Below, in pieces: positions 12,780-25,839 of a DNA stretch of 64,000 nucleotides. Within the stretch, counting starts at the first letter, position 1, and each line of letters opens with the position of its first letter. The stretch comes from Isurus oxyrinchus. Lineage: Eukaryota. The notes beneath the pieces were generated by a model. It was not told the origin of the DNA and did not search any database. It saw only the letters and a list, made by a program, of their open reading frames with translations. The DNA lies in assembly GCA_026770705.1 (NCBI GenBank), contig JANJGN010000210.1:1-64000 (forward strand), given 5' to 3'. Made by a program: the position numbers and the translations under genes.

Positions 12780-13460
12780 AACTGATGTATTGTCTCTCAA
12801 AAATGAACATTTATACAGCGTCTTCAGAGTCGCAATATATCCAACATTTTTCACGTGAGTGTTATCACACCAAATTTAATAGCGAGTTAAATAAGAAAGT
12901 ATCCTTGCAGAAAGTAAAACGTTTAATCAAAGGGTTAGGCTTCAAGAAGCCTCTGAAGGAGGGGAAAGAGAGGTAGAGGGGAAGGGAATTGTATAGTTCA
13001 TTGTCTTGGCAGCTGAAGTCGCAGTCACTGATGGTGGAGTGATTAAAATGTGGAACGTGCAAATTGTCAGGTTGGCAAGAGTGCAGATATTTGCAAGTGC
13101 ATGAGGAATAGAGGGAGTTACAGACGTAGAGAGAGACGAATTCATATAGAAATTTAAAAATAAAGATGCGAATTCTCATATTGAGGTGCTGCTCAACCGA
13201 GAGTCAATGTAGGTTTGCAAGCACAAGGGACTTTGGATGACTGAGACTTGGTGGGAGTAGGGGCTTGGGCAGCAGGCAGAGTGTTGGATGAGACCAAGTT
13301 TATGGAGGGCAGAACGTGGGAAACCGGCCAGGGACACGTTGCAGTAGTCAAAGCGTTAATTAGCAAAAGCATGGTTGGCGTTCCATCAGCAGATGAGCTG
13401 AGACTGTGGACGAGACGGATATTGCTATGGTTGTGAAAGGAGGCAGGCTTATTGATGGCG
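12780..13460 (-). mobile_element. L2-type LINE 3' fragment
   Basis: RIRIFIFKFL..YVCNSL..HVPHFNHSTI RT tail; homologous to 29590-30670. Confidence 0.7.
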
Positions 13461-13699
13461 GGAGCATTTTGTTGGAAACACCCCTCCTGGTAATAAATAC
13501 TGTTGGTGAAGTAGAGGCACAAACAGGCTATATTCGGCAATTGTAAACTACTCTATTATCCTTCCCGTTCTCTGTAATTGAATTGTAAACTTTTTCTTTT
13601 TAACTTTCCAAATACTGGGCAGCCTATCGCATACAGCAAGCGATGTAATGGTAAATTTATCGTTTGTAAGCTTTAGCCGAATATATTCTGTCCTTGACC

Positions 13700-13897
13700 C
13701 TGCTGGGGCATCAACTCTCTCAGCCTTTCAATGCAGCTTCTCTGAGAGTCCAGCAGTACCCTAGTGCTACACTGGGGTTCCATACTAATCTTACTGCTGC
13801 ACTGGGATCGCATGCTCAAATCCCTGGCATGGGGCATGAATAATCCACCCTCTGTCGTCAGAGGCCCGGGACTTACCACTGAGTCAAGCCTGCCACA
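13700..13897 (-). mobile_element. tRNA-derived (Deu-type) SINE fragment
   Basis: Minus strand TGGCAGGCTTGACTCAGTGGTAAG head, CAGTGCAGCAG..CAGTGTAGCACT body. Confidence 0.5.
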
Positions 13898-14269
13898 TTG
13901 ATAGCCTTTAAAATTGCACAGGGGATTGATAGAGCAATTATAAACATCTTAGTTTTAACGGTGGTGGAGGCTCAACACCCAAAGGAATGTGAATATGAAA
14001 GTGAGCAAAAAAACAAAACTTTTCCACTAAAAGGCAGCTCTGAGGCATCGACTTGTACAATGCACTATCTGGGAGAGTTGGAAGCAGACTGAAGAGTAAC
14101 TTTTAAAACTGAACTTATTCCTTGCAAATAGCACATTTACTGGACTACAGAGAAAGAGAGAGATCGGGACTAATTCACTCTATGGTAGACCAAATGTCAC
14201 TACACAATGAGATGCCCCATTGGCAAAGATCCCTCCTGCGCTAATACAAATGCAGGACCCCAGTTCCAT

Positions 14270-14660
14270 CCAGCAGTTGACAAGGCGTCAGTACAATCTG
14301 AGATTCAATCCTCGAGCCCTCTGCCCCGGTCTCACTCATAACATCATTAGAGACTCTTGGCCTGGTCCTGCAGTAAATAAGGCGTCAGAACAACATGAGA
14401 TTCAATTCTCTTGCCCTCTTCCACTCACCCCCGTCTCACTCATAACATTATTAGAGACTCTTGGCCTGGTCCTGCAGTAAATAAGGCGTCAGAACAACAT
14501 GAGATTCAATCCTCCTGCCCTCTTCCACTCACCCCCGTCCCACTCATTACATTATTACATTATTTTGCCCTGATCCTGCAGTAGATCAGATATCAATACA
14601 ACCTGAGTTTCAAACCTCTATCGCTACCTCCTCCCTGAAGCTAGTCATATTATTAAAGAC
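14270..14660. repeat. tandem repeat, ~104-bp unit, ~4 copies
   Basis: AGACTCTTGGCCTGGTCCTGCAGTAAATAAGGCGTCAGAACAACATGAGATTCAAT recurs at 14351 and 14455. Confidence 0.9.
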
Positions 14661-15550
14661 TCTGGACGCCTGACAGACATTTCATTAAAATTTACACTTC
14701 TTGTCCTCCTATTATCTCTCGCTCTCTCACTCCACCTCTCTGTCTCTGTCTCTCTTTTTCTCTCTCTCACTCACTCAATCTCTCCACCATCCAACCACCT
14801 CTCCCTCTCTCTTCCTTTTTCTCCCTCTCCTTCTCTCTGTGTAACTATGTATCTCTCTCCATCACCGCCTCCGCCACAGCTTGTACACAGATAGGCAGCG
14901 TGAAGCGTGATGCATAGGTAAATATTTATAGATAGATAATTTGATTGATATAAAATGGATAGCATTAAAATATTTAATTAAATAGTGAGATATGTGTGAA
15001 CATATATAAGCGACGGTGAATTATTTAGCTTTGAGATGGACAGCTGACACTTAAATAAATAGAAACAAAATATGCAGAAAAACGTTGATGCAAAGACAGG
15101 TAGTGAGAATAGATTGATAGATGCCTATGGATTACAGGAGAGATGGCCAGATCGAAAGATATCCAGAAAGATGCAGAGAGTTCGATATTACTTTGGAGAT
15201 CATAAACATCAAAGGTAAGAAAAAAATGCTAAGGAGTGAATGATTGCTGATTGGTTGCCATGGACGATCAATGCTTGTTTGCAGTTCGTGTTTGCACGAT
15301 GGAAATGTATCAGAGCATGGAAATTTAAACGTGCGCTGAAAGCTAATACAACGCAGGACGGGGATGCTGGACCAGTAGAGGCTGGAAACATTTATCACAT
15401 CTGTTTGTGATGCATTTGTCCCCTGGCCCTCGATGGTCAAATGTCAGTATCTGACCTATGGCTCAAACCAATGCCTATCAGTGAAACTTGAACGCACCTC
15501 TGCCTGGGCTGGATTATACAGAAGTCAATATTGAAATTTTATTTGGATGC

Positions 15551-16464
15551 TGTTATGGCACTGCCGATGGCAAATGATGAATTATTCAAATCCCAAAGGG
15601 AAACTTGAAACAATTGCTGCAACTTGTTTTGCAGTTTGTATAAATTTCAAGATGCATCCCTTGAATTCAGTATTAATAAGGCCATCAAGTCCAATAGCTT
15701 TTTTTTTTACAAAACTAGAATAAATATGTATTAATAGAAGAAATTTTCTTAAATGCATACATAGATCTACACATTACTACTATGATAACTCTTAACTTCC
15801 CTAATCGTTCTAACTCCAAGCGACACTTTTGTTAAGGCAACAATAAGGCACAAAGATTTTAAAAGACCCAGGCAAAGAAACATGACACACTGAACAAGTT
15901 GAATTCAAAGTGAGTTTTTTTAGCTTCAGTCCACTGGAGAGAGCAGTTTGAGGCATAGATGCTGAAGGCTTTTCACCCTTGTTAAATCTCAAAATGCCTA
16001 ACATTACACACAACCTTTGCTCTTTAATGCATATTTGCCCCTTTGAATGAAAACTCCCATTGTTTCACTATGACTTTGGACTTTATCTTTCTGAAAATAA
16101 AAACCTCTCATAGCACTAAGTTTTAACAGTAATCTTTGGGAATAAATAAATACACTCTTACTAAACTTCACCTGACTAGGTGGTACACTTAACACCCTCT
16201 TTTGAAAACAATCTATTCTGGTTTATTTTAAAAAGCAAATATCCCTTGACACTTATGGATCTAAACTTCCCCACGTTCACCTAATTAACATTTCAAACCT
16301 AACTTCTCTTCTTACAACAAAGCACCAAGACTCGTTTCCTCTGATTCAATTAAGTTTCTCTCTCTCAAACACAGACACATGCAGACACATAGACACATTC
16401 CACAATTATTTCATTTCAAAATAATTTCCAATAACATTATGAGAATTATTACAGCTTCCTGACA
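15551..16464. mobile_element. solo LTR (probably Ty3/Gypsy)
   Basis: TGTTA...TGACA termini with 4-bp target-site duplication ATGC (15547-15550, 16465-16468); non-coding, AT-rich. Confidence 0.7.
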
Positions 16465-16674
16465 ATGCACATCAGGAATGCCATTCAATGAAAGAGTTGG
16501 CAGGAACAATGGGAGTCCATGCCATACAGAGGACATGCACCAATCACATCCCGGGAACTACAAAAGGTCATGGACCCCAACAGTTGCTCCTTGAAAGCGG
16601 GCGGCTCCATGAAAATTGTTCCATTCCTGTTATACTTGCAATCGAGCTGACCCTGCACAATAACGGCAAAAGCA

Positions 16675-17150
16675 ATAACCTGAACAACGTACGTTTATAT
16701 AGCGCAATTAATGTAATGAAAAGCTCCAAGGTGATTCGATAGAACTAAATATGACATCAAGACGCGTTAAGGAATACAGGGTCAGATGAGCAAAAGTTTG
16801 GTCAAAGTGGTCGGTTTTAAGGACGGCTTTAAAGAAGGAAAGGTTGGTAGGGAGATGGAGGAGTGCAGGAACGATATTCAAGGGCATTGAGCCAAGGAAC
16901 ATAATGTCACAGTAACATATGGCAGAGCAATTTATAATTGTAGATGCACAAGAGGCAGAATTAGTGGAGAGCTAATAACTCGAAGACTTGCGGGTTTGGA
17001 AGTGACTGCAGAGATGGAAAAGGACCAGGACCTGGAGGGATTTGAAAATAATGCTGTGCATTTTAAAGTCAAGATGTTGTTTGAACGTGAACGAATGTAG
17101 GTCAGCGAACACAGGAGTGATAGAAGTATTGGATTTGCTGCGAGTTAACA
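16675..17150 (-). mobile_element. L2-type LINE 3' fragment
   Basis: SITPVFADLHSFTFKQHLDFK..IIFKSL. Confidence 0.75.
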
Positions 17151-17739
17151 CAATGGCTGCAGATGGAACAGCTTCATCTGTAAGTCCATGTTGGCATTCC
17201 CAGATGTCAGCATGGTCCATAGCTAATAATAGAATCACATCAAATTACAATGCAAACCTGCCGAATGGGGGTAAATGAAAAAAAGTTGGGAAATTACACC
17301 TTTAGAAGGGACATGGTCAGGTTGAATGGGGGCAAACTTCACGATCAGTGAGAGAGAGTAGGGATGGGTAAGTAAAGAGCGAAGATGGATGGGTAGAGAC
17401 AGGAAATGTTGAGCAGACAATTGGAATTGGCAAGCAGTAACTGTGTAAGGGTTAGCAGAGTGCAGGAACCCGGGGAATAGAAAATGGTGAAGGTGGGTAA
17501 AGTACAGGGATCAGGAGTAGAGAATAGGGGCGGTTGCATAGAGTACGAGCAGCAAAGCAATGAATGTGAATGGGAGTGGGGACCTAGTGTGGAAAACAGG
17601 AATGAGAACAGAAGAGAGTTACAATAGGGAAGTATAAAGTTAAAAAAACAGGGAATGGGCTCTGGGGATGAATGAGGTTCCATTAATGTTTTGCTGTACC
17701 CTATTCTGCGAAGCAATGCTATGTCGAGTTTTAACAGAA

Positions 17740-18135
17740 CTTCACCATAAGAGATGTCACTCCTTGTTCATATATCTCACTGAGTGAGATAGGCAGACAG
17801 ACACCAGCCAGTCCACGGATAACACCCCCAAGAGAGGGGGCTGAGAGATAGCAGTTCATGTACAGATATCTCCCTGAGAGAGAGGATGCTGTGAGACAGT
17901 GGTCAGTGTACAGATATCTCCCTGAGAGAGAGGGGAATGAGAGACACCAGTCATTGTACAGATATCACCCTGGGAATCTGGAACTGAGAGACACCAGTCA
18001 GCGTACAGATGTTTCCCTGAGGGAGCGGGACTGAGAGACACCAGTCTGTGTACAGTATGTCCCGAGGGGAATGGGAAGTGAGAGACACCCCTGTTTAGGA
18101 GAGGACTTAGAAGAAACCAATTAGACAGATACAGA
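17740..18135. repeat. ~47-bp minisatellite
   Basis: Units GAGAGACACCAGTCAGTGTACAGATATCTCCCTGAGAGAGAGGGG. Confidence 0.85.
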
Positions 18136-18189
18136 GACAGATACTCGCTAAGATGTAGGCTAACATAATTTTTAGTACTTCTAAAAAAC

Positions 18190-18530
18190 ACTTTGATCAT
18201 ATCTGTCTTTTTGCGGGATTCTGTTTCTTCGCTAATTTCTGCAATTTTCTTTGCTGGCACCACGGGAATCTATTGGGTATCTGGAGTTTGGGAACTGCGC
18301 TTCACCAAACGTGACCGAGTGAAATGGGATCAGCGTGTTAGAGAACTGAATCTTATATTGAGTCTGAACTTACACTGGATAATGTATTTTCATATTTTTA
18401 CCACACCAGTCAGCAGTTGTGACATCCTGACTAAATTTAATTTGAACCAGAATTTTCAACTGAGGCGAAGCTATAGAAATTAAAATATCTTCATCTTGTG
18501 CGCTGTGCAATCATTAACAAGTATTTTCTG
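18190..18530 (+). pseudogene. heavily decayed GPCR remnant (copy 3, TM1-TM3)
   Basis: With frameshifts: ISAIFFAGTTG-NLLGIWSL (TM1), TESYI-LNLTLDNVF (TM2), IFILC-IINKYF (TM3); preceded by the same minisatellite as copy 1. Confidence 0.5.
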
Positions 18531-19186
18531 TTACTCATATTTTTACATGTATCTTTCATTCCTAAATATTCATTTTACTCTCATCATTTTAGTTATCGAC
18601 CTGTTTGTATATTGTTCTCTCTGTCCCCCTGTACAGCCAATAGTGTTTTTGTTAACTTTTTAATGTAACTCCACCTTTGCTACCTTTCCTTCTATGTGTT
18701 TAGTTGATGCATCGATTTTTCTCGTTACCTACTAACATTTATATCATCCACTGAATATCTCCGTCTAGCTAGCTAACTAACTGCACCCACAGATAGCACA
18801 GAGCAAAATAGCTACCCAGTATTTGATGTTCCAGGCTCGATATTGGGGGAATAATAAATGGGGAATTTCTGTGACTTCACCTTGCCTTCTTGTGACAACA
18901 GCAGCGGAGGAGAAACTGGCAAAAATAAAATCTAAGACTTTAAAGAACTTGAAAATACCATAAGCCCATCAGCTTCAGAGGAACTTTCCAGCGTTGTAAA
19001 TGTTGTTCAGTGTACAATGCGTCATATGGTTCAATTATTGATTTGACATGACAAATGCAATATTAATAAGACCATAAGGCGTGGGGGCAGAAAAAGGCCA
19101 TTCGGCCCATCGAGTCTGTTCCGCCATTCAATGATATCGTGGATGATCTGATAATCCTCAAATCCACTTTCCTGCCGTTTCCCCAT

Positions 19187-19286
19187 AGTTCTGTCGAAGG
19201 GTCATGAGGACTCGAAACGTCAACTCTTTTCTTCTCCGCCGATGCTGCCAGACCTGCTGAGTTTTTCCAGGTAATTCTGTTTTTGT
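19187..19286 (+). mobile_element. short Penelope pLTR fragment inserted in the CR1 3' end
   Basis: Near-identical to the reverse complement of 22215-22315. Confidence 0.85.
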
Positions 19287-22175
19287 CTTGATTCGCTTAC
19301 TGATTAAAAATCTGTCCATCTCAGCCTTGAATATAATTAACGGCCCAGCCTCCTCAGCCTTCTGTGGTAAGGAATTCCATAGATTCACTACCCTCTGAGA
19401 GAAGAAATTCTTCGACATCTCTGTTTTAAGTAGGCGTCCCCTTACTCTGAGATTATGTCCTCTGGGCATAGACTCACCACCAAGGGGGAAAAAAAAAAAC
19501 CTCTCTGCATCTTCCCTGTCAAGACCTCCGAGAATGTTACATGTTTCAATAAGGTCGCCTCTCATTCTTCTAAGCTCTAATGAGTGCAGGACCAAACGAC
19601 TTAACATTTTCTCAGAAGAAAATGCCCCCATCCCCGGAATCAACCCAGTGAACCTTCTCTGGACTGCTTCCAATGCCGATATATCTTTCCTTAGATAAGG
19701 AGGCCAAAATTGTTCACAGTATCCTAGCTGTGGTCTAACTAATGTCTTGTATAGTTTTAGCAAGACTTCCCTATTTTTATATTCCATTCATTTTGAAATA
19801 ATGGCCAACATTCCATTTGCGTTCCCTGCTGAACTTGCACACTAGGTTTTGGGATTCCTGCACAAGGATACCCAAACCCCTCAGTGCTGCAGCTTCCTTC
19901 AGTCTTTCTCCATTTAAATAATATTCAGCTCATTTATTCTTCCTGCCAAAGTGCATAGCCTCACATTTTGCAACATGATATTCCATCTGCCACGTTTTTG
20001 CCCACTCACTTAATCTGTCTGTATCCCTGTGTAGACTATTTGTGACATCCTTAACTCTTGCTTCCCACCTGTTTTTGTGTCATCTGCAAACTTGGCGATA
20101 GTATATCCATTTCCCTCATCCACGTCATGAATACATATTGTAAATAATTGTGGCCCTAGCACTGATCCCTGTTGCATTCCACTTGTTACATGTTGCCATC
20201 CTGAAAATGCCTCCTGTATCACAACTCTCTGTATTCTATTAGTTAGCAAGCCCACTGTCCATGCTGAAATACTGCCTCGAACACCGTGGGCTCTTATCTT
20301 ATTAAGTAGCCTTATGTGTGATAACGAATGCCTTTTGGAAACGCAAATATGTTACGTCTAAAGGTTTCTCTTTATCTACCTTTATTGTTACCAACTCAAG
20401 GAATTCTAATAAATTCGTCAGGCATGATTTCCCCTTCATGAAGCAATTGCTGAATCTGTTTGATTAGATTATGCATTTCTAAATGCTCTGCTATTGCATC
20501 CTTTATAATAGACTCTAACATTTTCCCAATGACAGATGTTAAGCTAACGGGCCAATAGTTACATGTTTTAGTCTCGCTCCCTTTTTGAATAAAAGTGTTA
20601 CATGGGCAAGTTTCCAATCCGTTGGGAATTTTCAGGATTCTAAATACTCTTGGAAGATTAATACCAGTGCACTCACTATCTCTGAAGCTATTTCCTTTAA
20701 TATCCTAGGATGCAACCCATCAGGCCTAGGTGAATTATAGGCCTTTCGCCCCATTAGGTTCCCTAGCACTTTTTATCCAGTGATAGGTATTGTGTTTACT
20801 GCCCTTACTGCCTATGTTTAATTCGTATTTTTGGTATGCTATTAGTGCGTCCTAATGCAAAAAATTTATTCAACTCCTCTGCCATTTCCTGGTTCCAATT
20901 ATTATTTTCCCAGCCTCATTCTTCAAGGGGCTTATTTTGACTTTGGCCTTTTTATACACTTAAAGAAGTTCTTACTGTCCGTTTGATATTACTTGCCAGT
21001 TTACCCTCAAAGTTTATTTTCTCCCTCTTTATTATTGTTTGGTCATCTTCTGTTGGATTTTAAAACGTTCCCAATCCTCTGGCTTACCACTAATCTTTGC
21101 CTTATTGCATGATTTTCTTTCACTTTGGAACAATCCGTAACTTCCTTGGTTTACCATGATTTGTTTATTCCCTTCCTACAATCCTTCTCCCACATTGGGA
21201 TAGACTTTTATTGTGAGTCATGCACTATATCCTTAATGTCTGCCATTGTTCATCAACCGTATTTTCTGCTAAACTCCTTCCCCGTCTACTCCAGCCAAAT
21301 CTGCCCTCATTTCTTTGTAATTATCCTTATTTAAGATTAGCACAGATGTTCTGAACTAAGTTTCTCGCTCCCAAACTGAATGCTAAGTTCCACCACGTTA
21401 TGGTCACTGTTTCCTAGCGGATCTTTTACTCTGAGATCATTTATTAAACCTGCCTCATTACACATTACCAGATCCAAAATAGCCTGATCCTTGGTTTGAC
21501 CCACAACATATTGTTCTAAGAAACTGTCCTGTATACACTCTACGAACTCTTCCTCGTGGCGACCTTTGCTAATTTGATTTTCCCAATTTACAAGGAGATT
21601 TATGTCACTCACGATCAATATACTGCCTTTTTTTACATGCCCTCATTATTGCCTGGTTAATTCTCTGTCCAATAGCATAGTTACTATTAGGGGGCCTATA
21701 GACTACTCACACCAGAGTCTTCTTCCCCTTGTTATTTCTTACCCCAACCCATATGGATTCCATGTCTTCCAATCTAAGATAATTTCTAGCTGTCGTACTT
21801 ATTCCATCTCGCACTAACAAACCTATACTCCCACCCCACCACCCCCCGCCCTTTCCTCTTGCCTGTTCATACGAAAAGTCCCATTCCCCTGAATATTTAC
21901 TTCCCAGCTTTGATCTCCTTTTAACAACGTCTCTGTAATGGCTATAAGATCATAATATCTATTTGTGCCCTGAATTCATTTATTATGTTCCAAATAGTAT
22001 GTGCGTTTAAGTAAGAGCCATTGATTGTGCCTTTGTACCACTTTTTCCCCCTTTGATCCTACTTGCTGCTTTTTTTTAATGTTTGTATACTCTGTCCCTT
22101 CCTTCCACACTCTGGGTATCATTACCTAAGTAGCTACCCTGCAATACCGCCATATCCATTTGCTTTGTAAACTTA

Positions 22176-23621
22176 GAGATAAAAACAAAAAAACTGCGGA
22201 TGCTGGAAATCCAAAACAAAAACAGAAATACCAGGAAAAACTCAGCAGGTCTGGCAGCATCGGTGGAGAAGAAAAGAGTTGACGTTTCGAGTCCTCATGA
22301 CCCTTCGACAGAACTTGATTTCGAGTCCAAGAAAGAGTTGAAATATAAGCTGGTTTAAGGTGTGTGTGTGTGGGGGGGGGGGGGGGGGGGGGGGGGGTGG
22401 GGCGGAAAGATAGAGAGAGAGAGGTGGGTTGTGTAGACAAACAAGCAGTGATAGAAGCAGATCATCAAAAGATGTCAGCGACAATGGTACAAAAGAACAC
22501 ATAGGTGTTAAAGTTAAAGTTGGTGATATTATCTAAACGGATGTGCTAATTAAGAATGGATGGTAGGGCACTCAAGGTATAGCTCTAGTGGGGGGTGGGA
22601 GAAGCATAAAAGATTTTAAAATATTTAAATATAATGGAAATAGGTGGGAAAAGAAAAATCTATATAATTTATAGGGAAAAAAGGGGAAAAAGGGGGAAAC
22701 AGAAAGGGGGTGGGGGATGGGGGAGGGAGCTCACGACCTAAAGTTGTTGAATTCAATATTCAGACCGGAAGGCTGTAAGGTGCCTAGTCGGAAGATGAGG
22801 TGTTGTTCCTCCAGTTTACGTTGGGCTTCACTGGAACAATGCAGCAAGCCAAGGACAGACATGTGGGCAAGAGAGCAGGGTGGAGTGTTAAAATGGCAAG
22901 CGACAGGGAGGTTTGGCTCATTCTTGTGGACAGACCGCAGGTGTTCTGCAAAGCGGTCGCCCAGTTTACGTTTGGTCTCTTCAATGTAGAGGAGACCACA
23001 TTGGGAGCAACGAATGCAGTAGACTAAGTTGGGGGAAATGCAAGTGAAATGCTGCTTCACTTGAAAGGAATGTTTGGGCCCTTGGACGGTGAGGAGAGAG
23101 GAAGTGAAGGGGCAGGTGTTACATCTTTTGCGTGGGCATGGGGTGGTGCCATAGGAGGGGGTTGAGGAGTAGGGGGTGATGGAGGAGTGGACCAAGGTGT
23201 CCCAGAGGGAGCGATCCCTACGGAATGCCGATTAGGGGGGGTGAAGGGAAGATATGTTTGGTGGTGGCATCATGCTGGAGTTGGTGGAAATGGCGGAGGA
23301 TGATCCTTTGATTGTGGAGGCTGGTGGGGTGATGTGAGGACAAGGGGGACCCTATCATGTTTCTGGGAGGGAGGAGAAGGCGTGAGGGCGGATGCGCGGG
23401 AGATGGGCCGGACACGGTTGAGGGCCCTGTCAACGACCGTGGGTGGAAAACCTCGGTTAAGGAAGAAGGAGGACATGTCAGAGGAACCGTTTTTGAAGGT
23501 AGCATCATCGGAACAGATGCGACGAAGGCGAAGGAACTGGGAGAATGGGATGGAGTCCTTACAGGAAGCGGGGTGTGAGGAGCTGTAGTCGAGGTAGCTG
23601 TGGGAGTCGGTGGGTTTGTAA
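22176..23621 (-). mobile_element. Penelope-like element (5'-truncated; RT C-terminus plus GIY-YIG endonuclease)
   Basis: YKPTDSHSYLDYSSSHP..SQFLRLRRICS; NLVYCIRCSQCGLLYIEETKRKLGDRFAEH; 15-bp TSD TGCTTTGTAAACTTA at 22161-22175 and 23622-23636. Confidence 0.95.
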
Positions 23622-25839
23622 TGCTTTGTAAACTTACTTATCTCCTCTCCAGAACCCTCCATCCAACTTCCCGCCCTTCTAATTAGATTAAAGCCCTCTA
23701 TATAGCCCTAGGTATTCGCTTCGTCAGGACATTAGACCCCGCATAGTTAAAGGGACGTCCATCGCATCGGAACAGCTCCCTTCTACCCCAATACTGATAC
23801 CAGTGCCCCATGAATGGGACCCTTTTCCCCTCACACCAATCTCTGAGCCACGTATTTAAATCCTCGACTTTATTTAGTCTATGCCAGTTTGCCTGTGGTT
23901 CATGTAGCAATCCCGAGATTATAACCTTGGAGGTTCTGCTTTTTAACTTAGCTGCTAACTGTTGAAATTCTTTCAGCAGAATCTCTTTTCCAGTCCTATC
24001 ATCGTCGTGGGAACCAATGTGGACAACGACAACTGGATCCCTCCCATCCCACTCCCAAGTTCCTCTGCAGCCCTGAGGAGATGTCCTTCAGCCTGGCACC
24101 TGGCAGGCAACAAAGCCCTCAGGACTCACGTTCACGGCTGCAGGGATTTTTATCAATTCCCCTAAATGTACTGTCCACTATCACTGCTACGTTCCTATTT
24201 CCTCCCCCGACTTGAATGACTCCCTCTGCCATAGTGCCGTGGTCAGTTTGTTCATCTTCCCTTCAGCCCCTGCTCTCGTCCACACAACTTGCAAGAACCT
24301 CTTTACTGCTGGACAACTTCAAGAGCTGATGTTGCTTCAATGCTACCCCCAGTGTCCCCATACGTGTCTCACCTGCGGTCATACCCTCCTCTTCCTGATC
24401 ACGCACCAAATTCGAAATATCTTACCTGTGGAGTGTGACTGCCTCCTGGAGCAAAGTGTCCAATTAACTTTCCGTCTCCCTGATGTGGTGCTATGTCTGC
24501 AGCTCAGACTCTAGCTCCTTAACTCGGATCTGATGTTGCTCAAGCTGCAAACACTTGCCACATATGTTTCTGCTCCGGATCACCTTGATGTCCAGAAACT
24601 CCCATATGCCGCAGGAGCAACACATTGCCAGACCTACCATCGCTATCTTATTTTATTCCATGTGGTAAGTAATTACTCGCGTATCCCTGCTCTTCAAATG
24701 TTGTTGATTAGTACGAAAAATTATTCAAAGCCAAAATTAATTATGTCAATTCATAGCAAATATAATTGATAGTGATGGTACTGTATTACATAAGCAAACG
24801 TATACCTCTGATGTTCGGTGAGAGAGGACAAATGGAACGAAGTTGAAAGCGAGTTCAGGTCTATAAACCCAGCCTGTGGTTTCCAATCCTAATAACATAC
24901 TGGGAGTGTGTCATCCTAAACAAAACATCAAACAGGGTTTGTAAGTCTTTCTCAATGGGATTTCGGTACTGTGAGACACGAATAGCCATTAAGTGCCTGA
25001 TGCAAGCAATATCGTTTTTAATTTGTCCTCTTACAAATTCAGGTCGGCTGGAGTTTCACACAGTGAGCCAATTTTAGTCCCCTGGTAGAACGGGACTGTC
25101 GGGCCAGGGGAGAAATATACCAGGAACATGTAAAATAATACAGTCCCCACTTTAAGGTTATTCACTCGGCTCTCGTTTCACAGTTTTCTCATCTTATTAT
25201 TAATAGGTAATTAGCAGGGTTTATTTGGGGGCTCTGTCAATGGCTTGTGGATATCATCTCCTGGCTATCTTGTCATTTCTGTGAAGAAAAGGTTTCAGTT
25301 CATCCTTCACCTGCCTCCCAATCGGTAGAAGCAGCTGATGGTGCCAGCAGCCGTTTATAGTCTGGAGCTGCAGCCCCGTGCTCGTCTTTGCCATGCGAAC
25401 ATCAGACTCCTCCCTCTCTGATTCGGCACTGAGAGAGGCGATGGGTCAACTTCTGTCATCATACCCTAAAATGCTTTCATATGAGAGGTGTCAATGCACA
25501 TTGAGGCCTCCATCTCCTGACCATTGTTACAAGGTAACGACAAACTCAGACCTACATCCTCACATTGCAGAACATCAGGTATTAATACACACTGTGATTT
25601 CCATAGCCTTATGATGACTCCGAGCAGTTTCCACGATTTCAACACAAACTGCAAACACAGGTGGCTTTATATTCAACGTCACTGACTGTCTCCCTGTGCA
25701 TTTTCCTGTTATTGCCTGTAGGGAATCGACGTATCATTTGTCCCCCGCCCACCTCTGTATTTATCCATGTACGCAAGCATGTAAGGACAAATCTCCCTGT
25801 CTGTTTGTGCCCCTATCGAGATAAATCTTACTCGGGATA

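Larger units (their letters stand above)
19070..24640 (-). mobile_element. near full-length degenerate CR1 LINE (ORF1 zinc finger plus SGNH esterase, ORF2 EN-RT)
   Basis: LNTWLRDWC..FMGHW..DG (SGNH, 23698-23910); AILDLVMCNE..LGNSDHN (EN); NYWPVSLTS, QGSVLGPQLF, KFADD (RT); LYKTLVRPQL..RRMRGDLIE tail. Confidence 0.92.

Noticed and set aside
14270-14660. Regular repeats resembling a CRISPR array (also 17740-18135, 47945-48222)
   Set aside because: Head-to-tail units without unique spacers, vertebrate context, no cas genes
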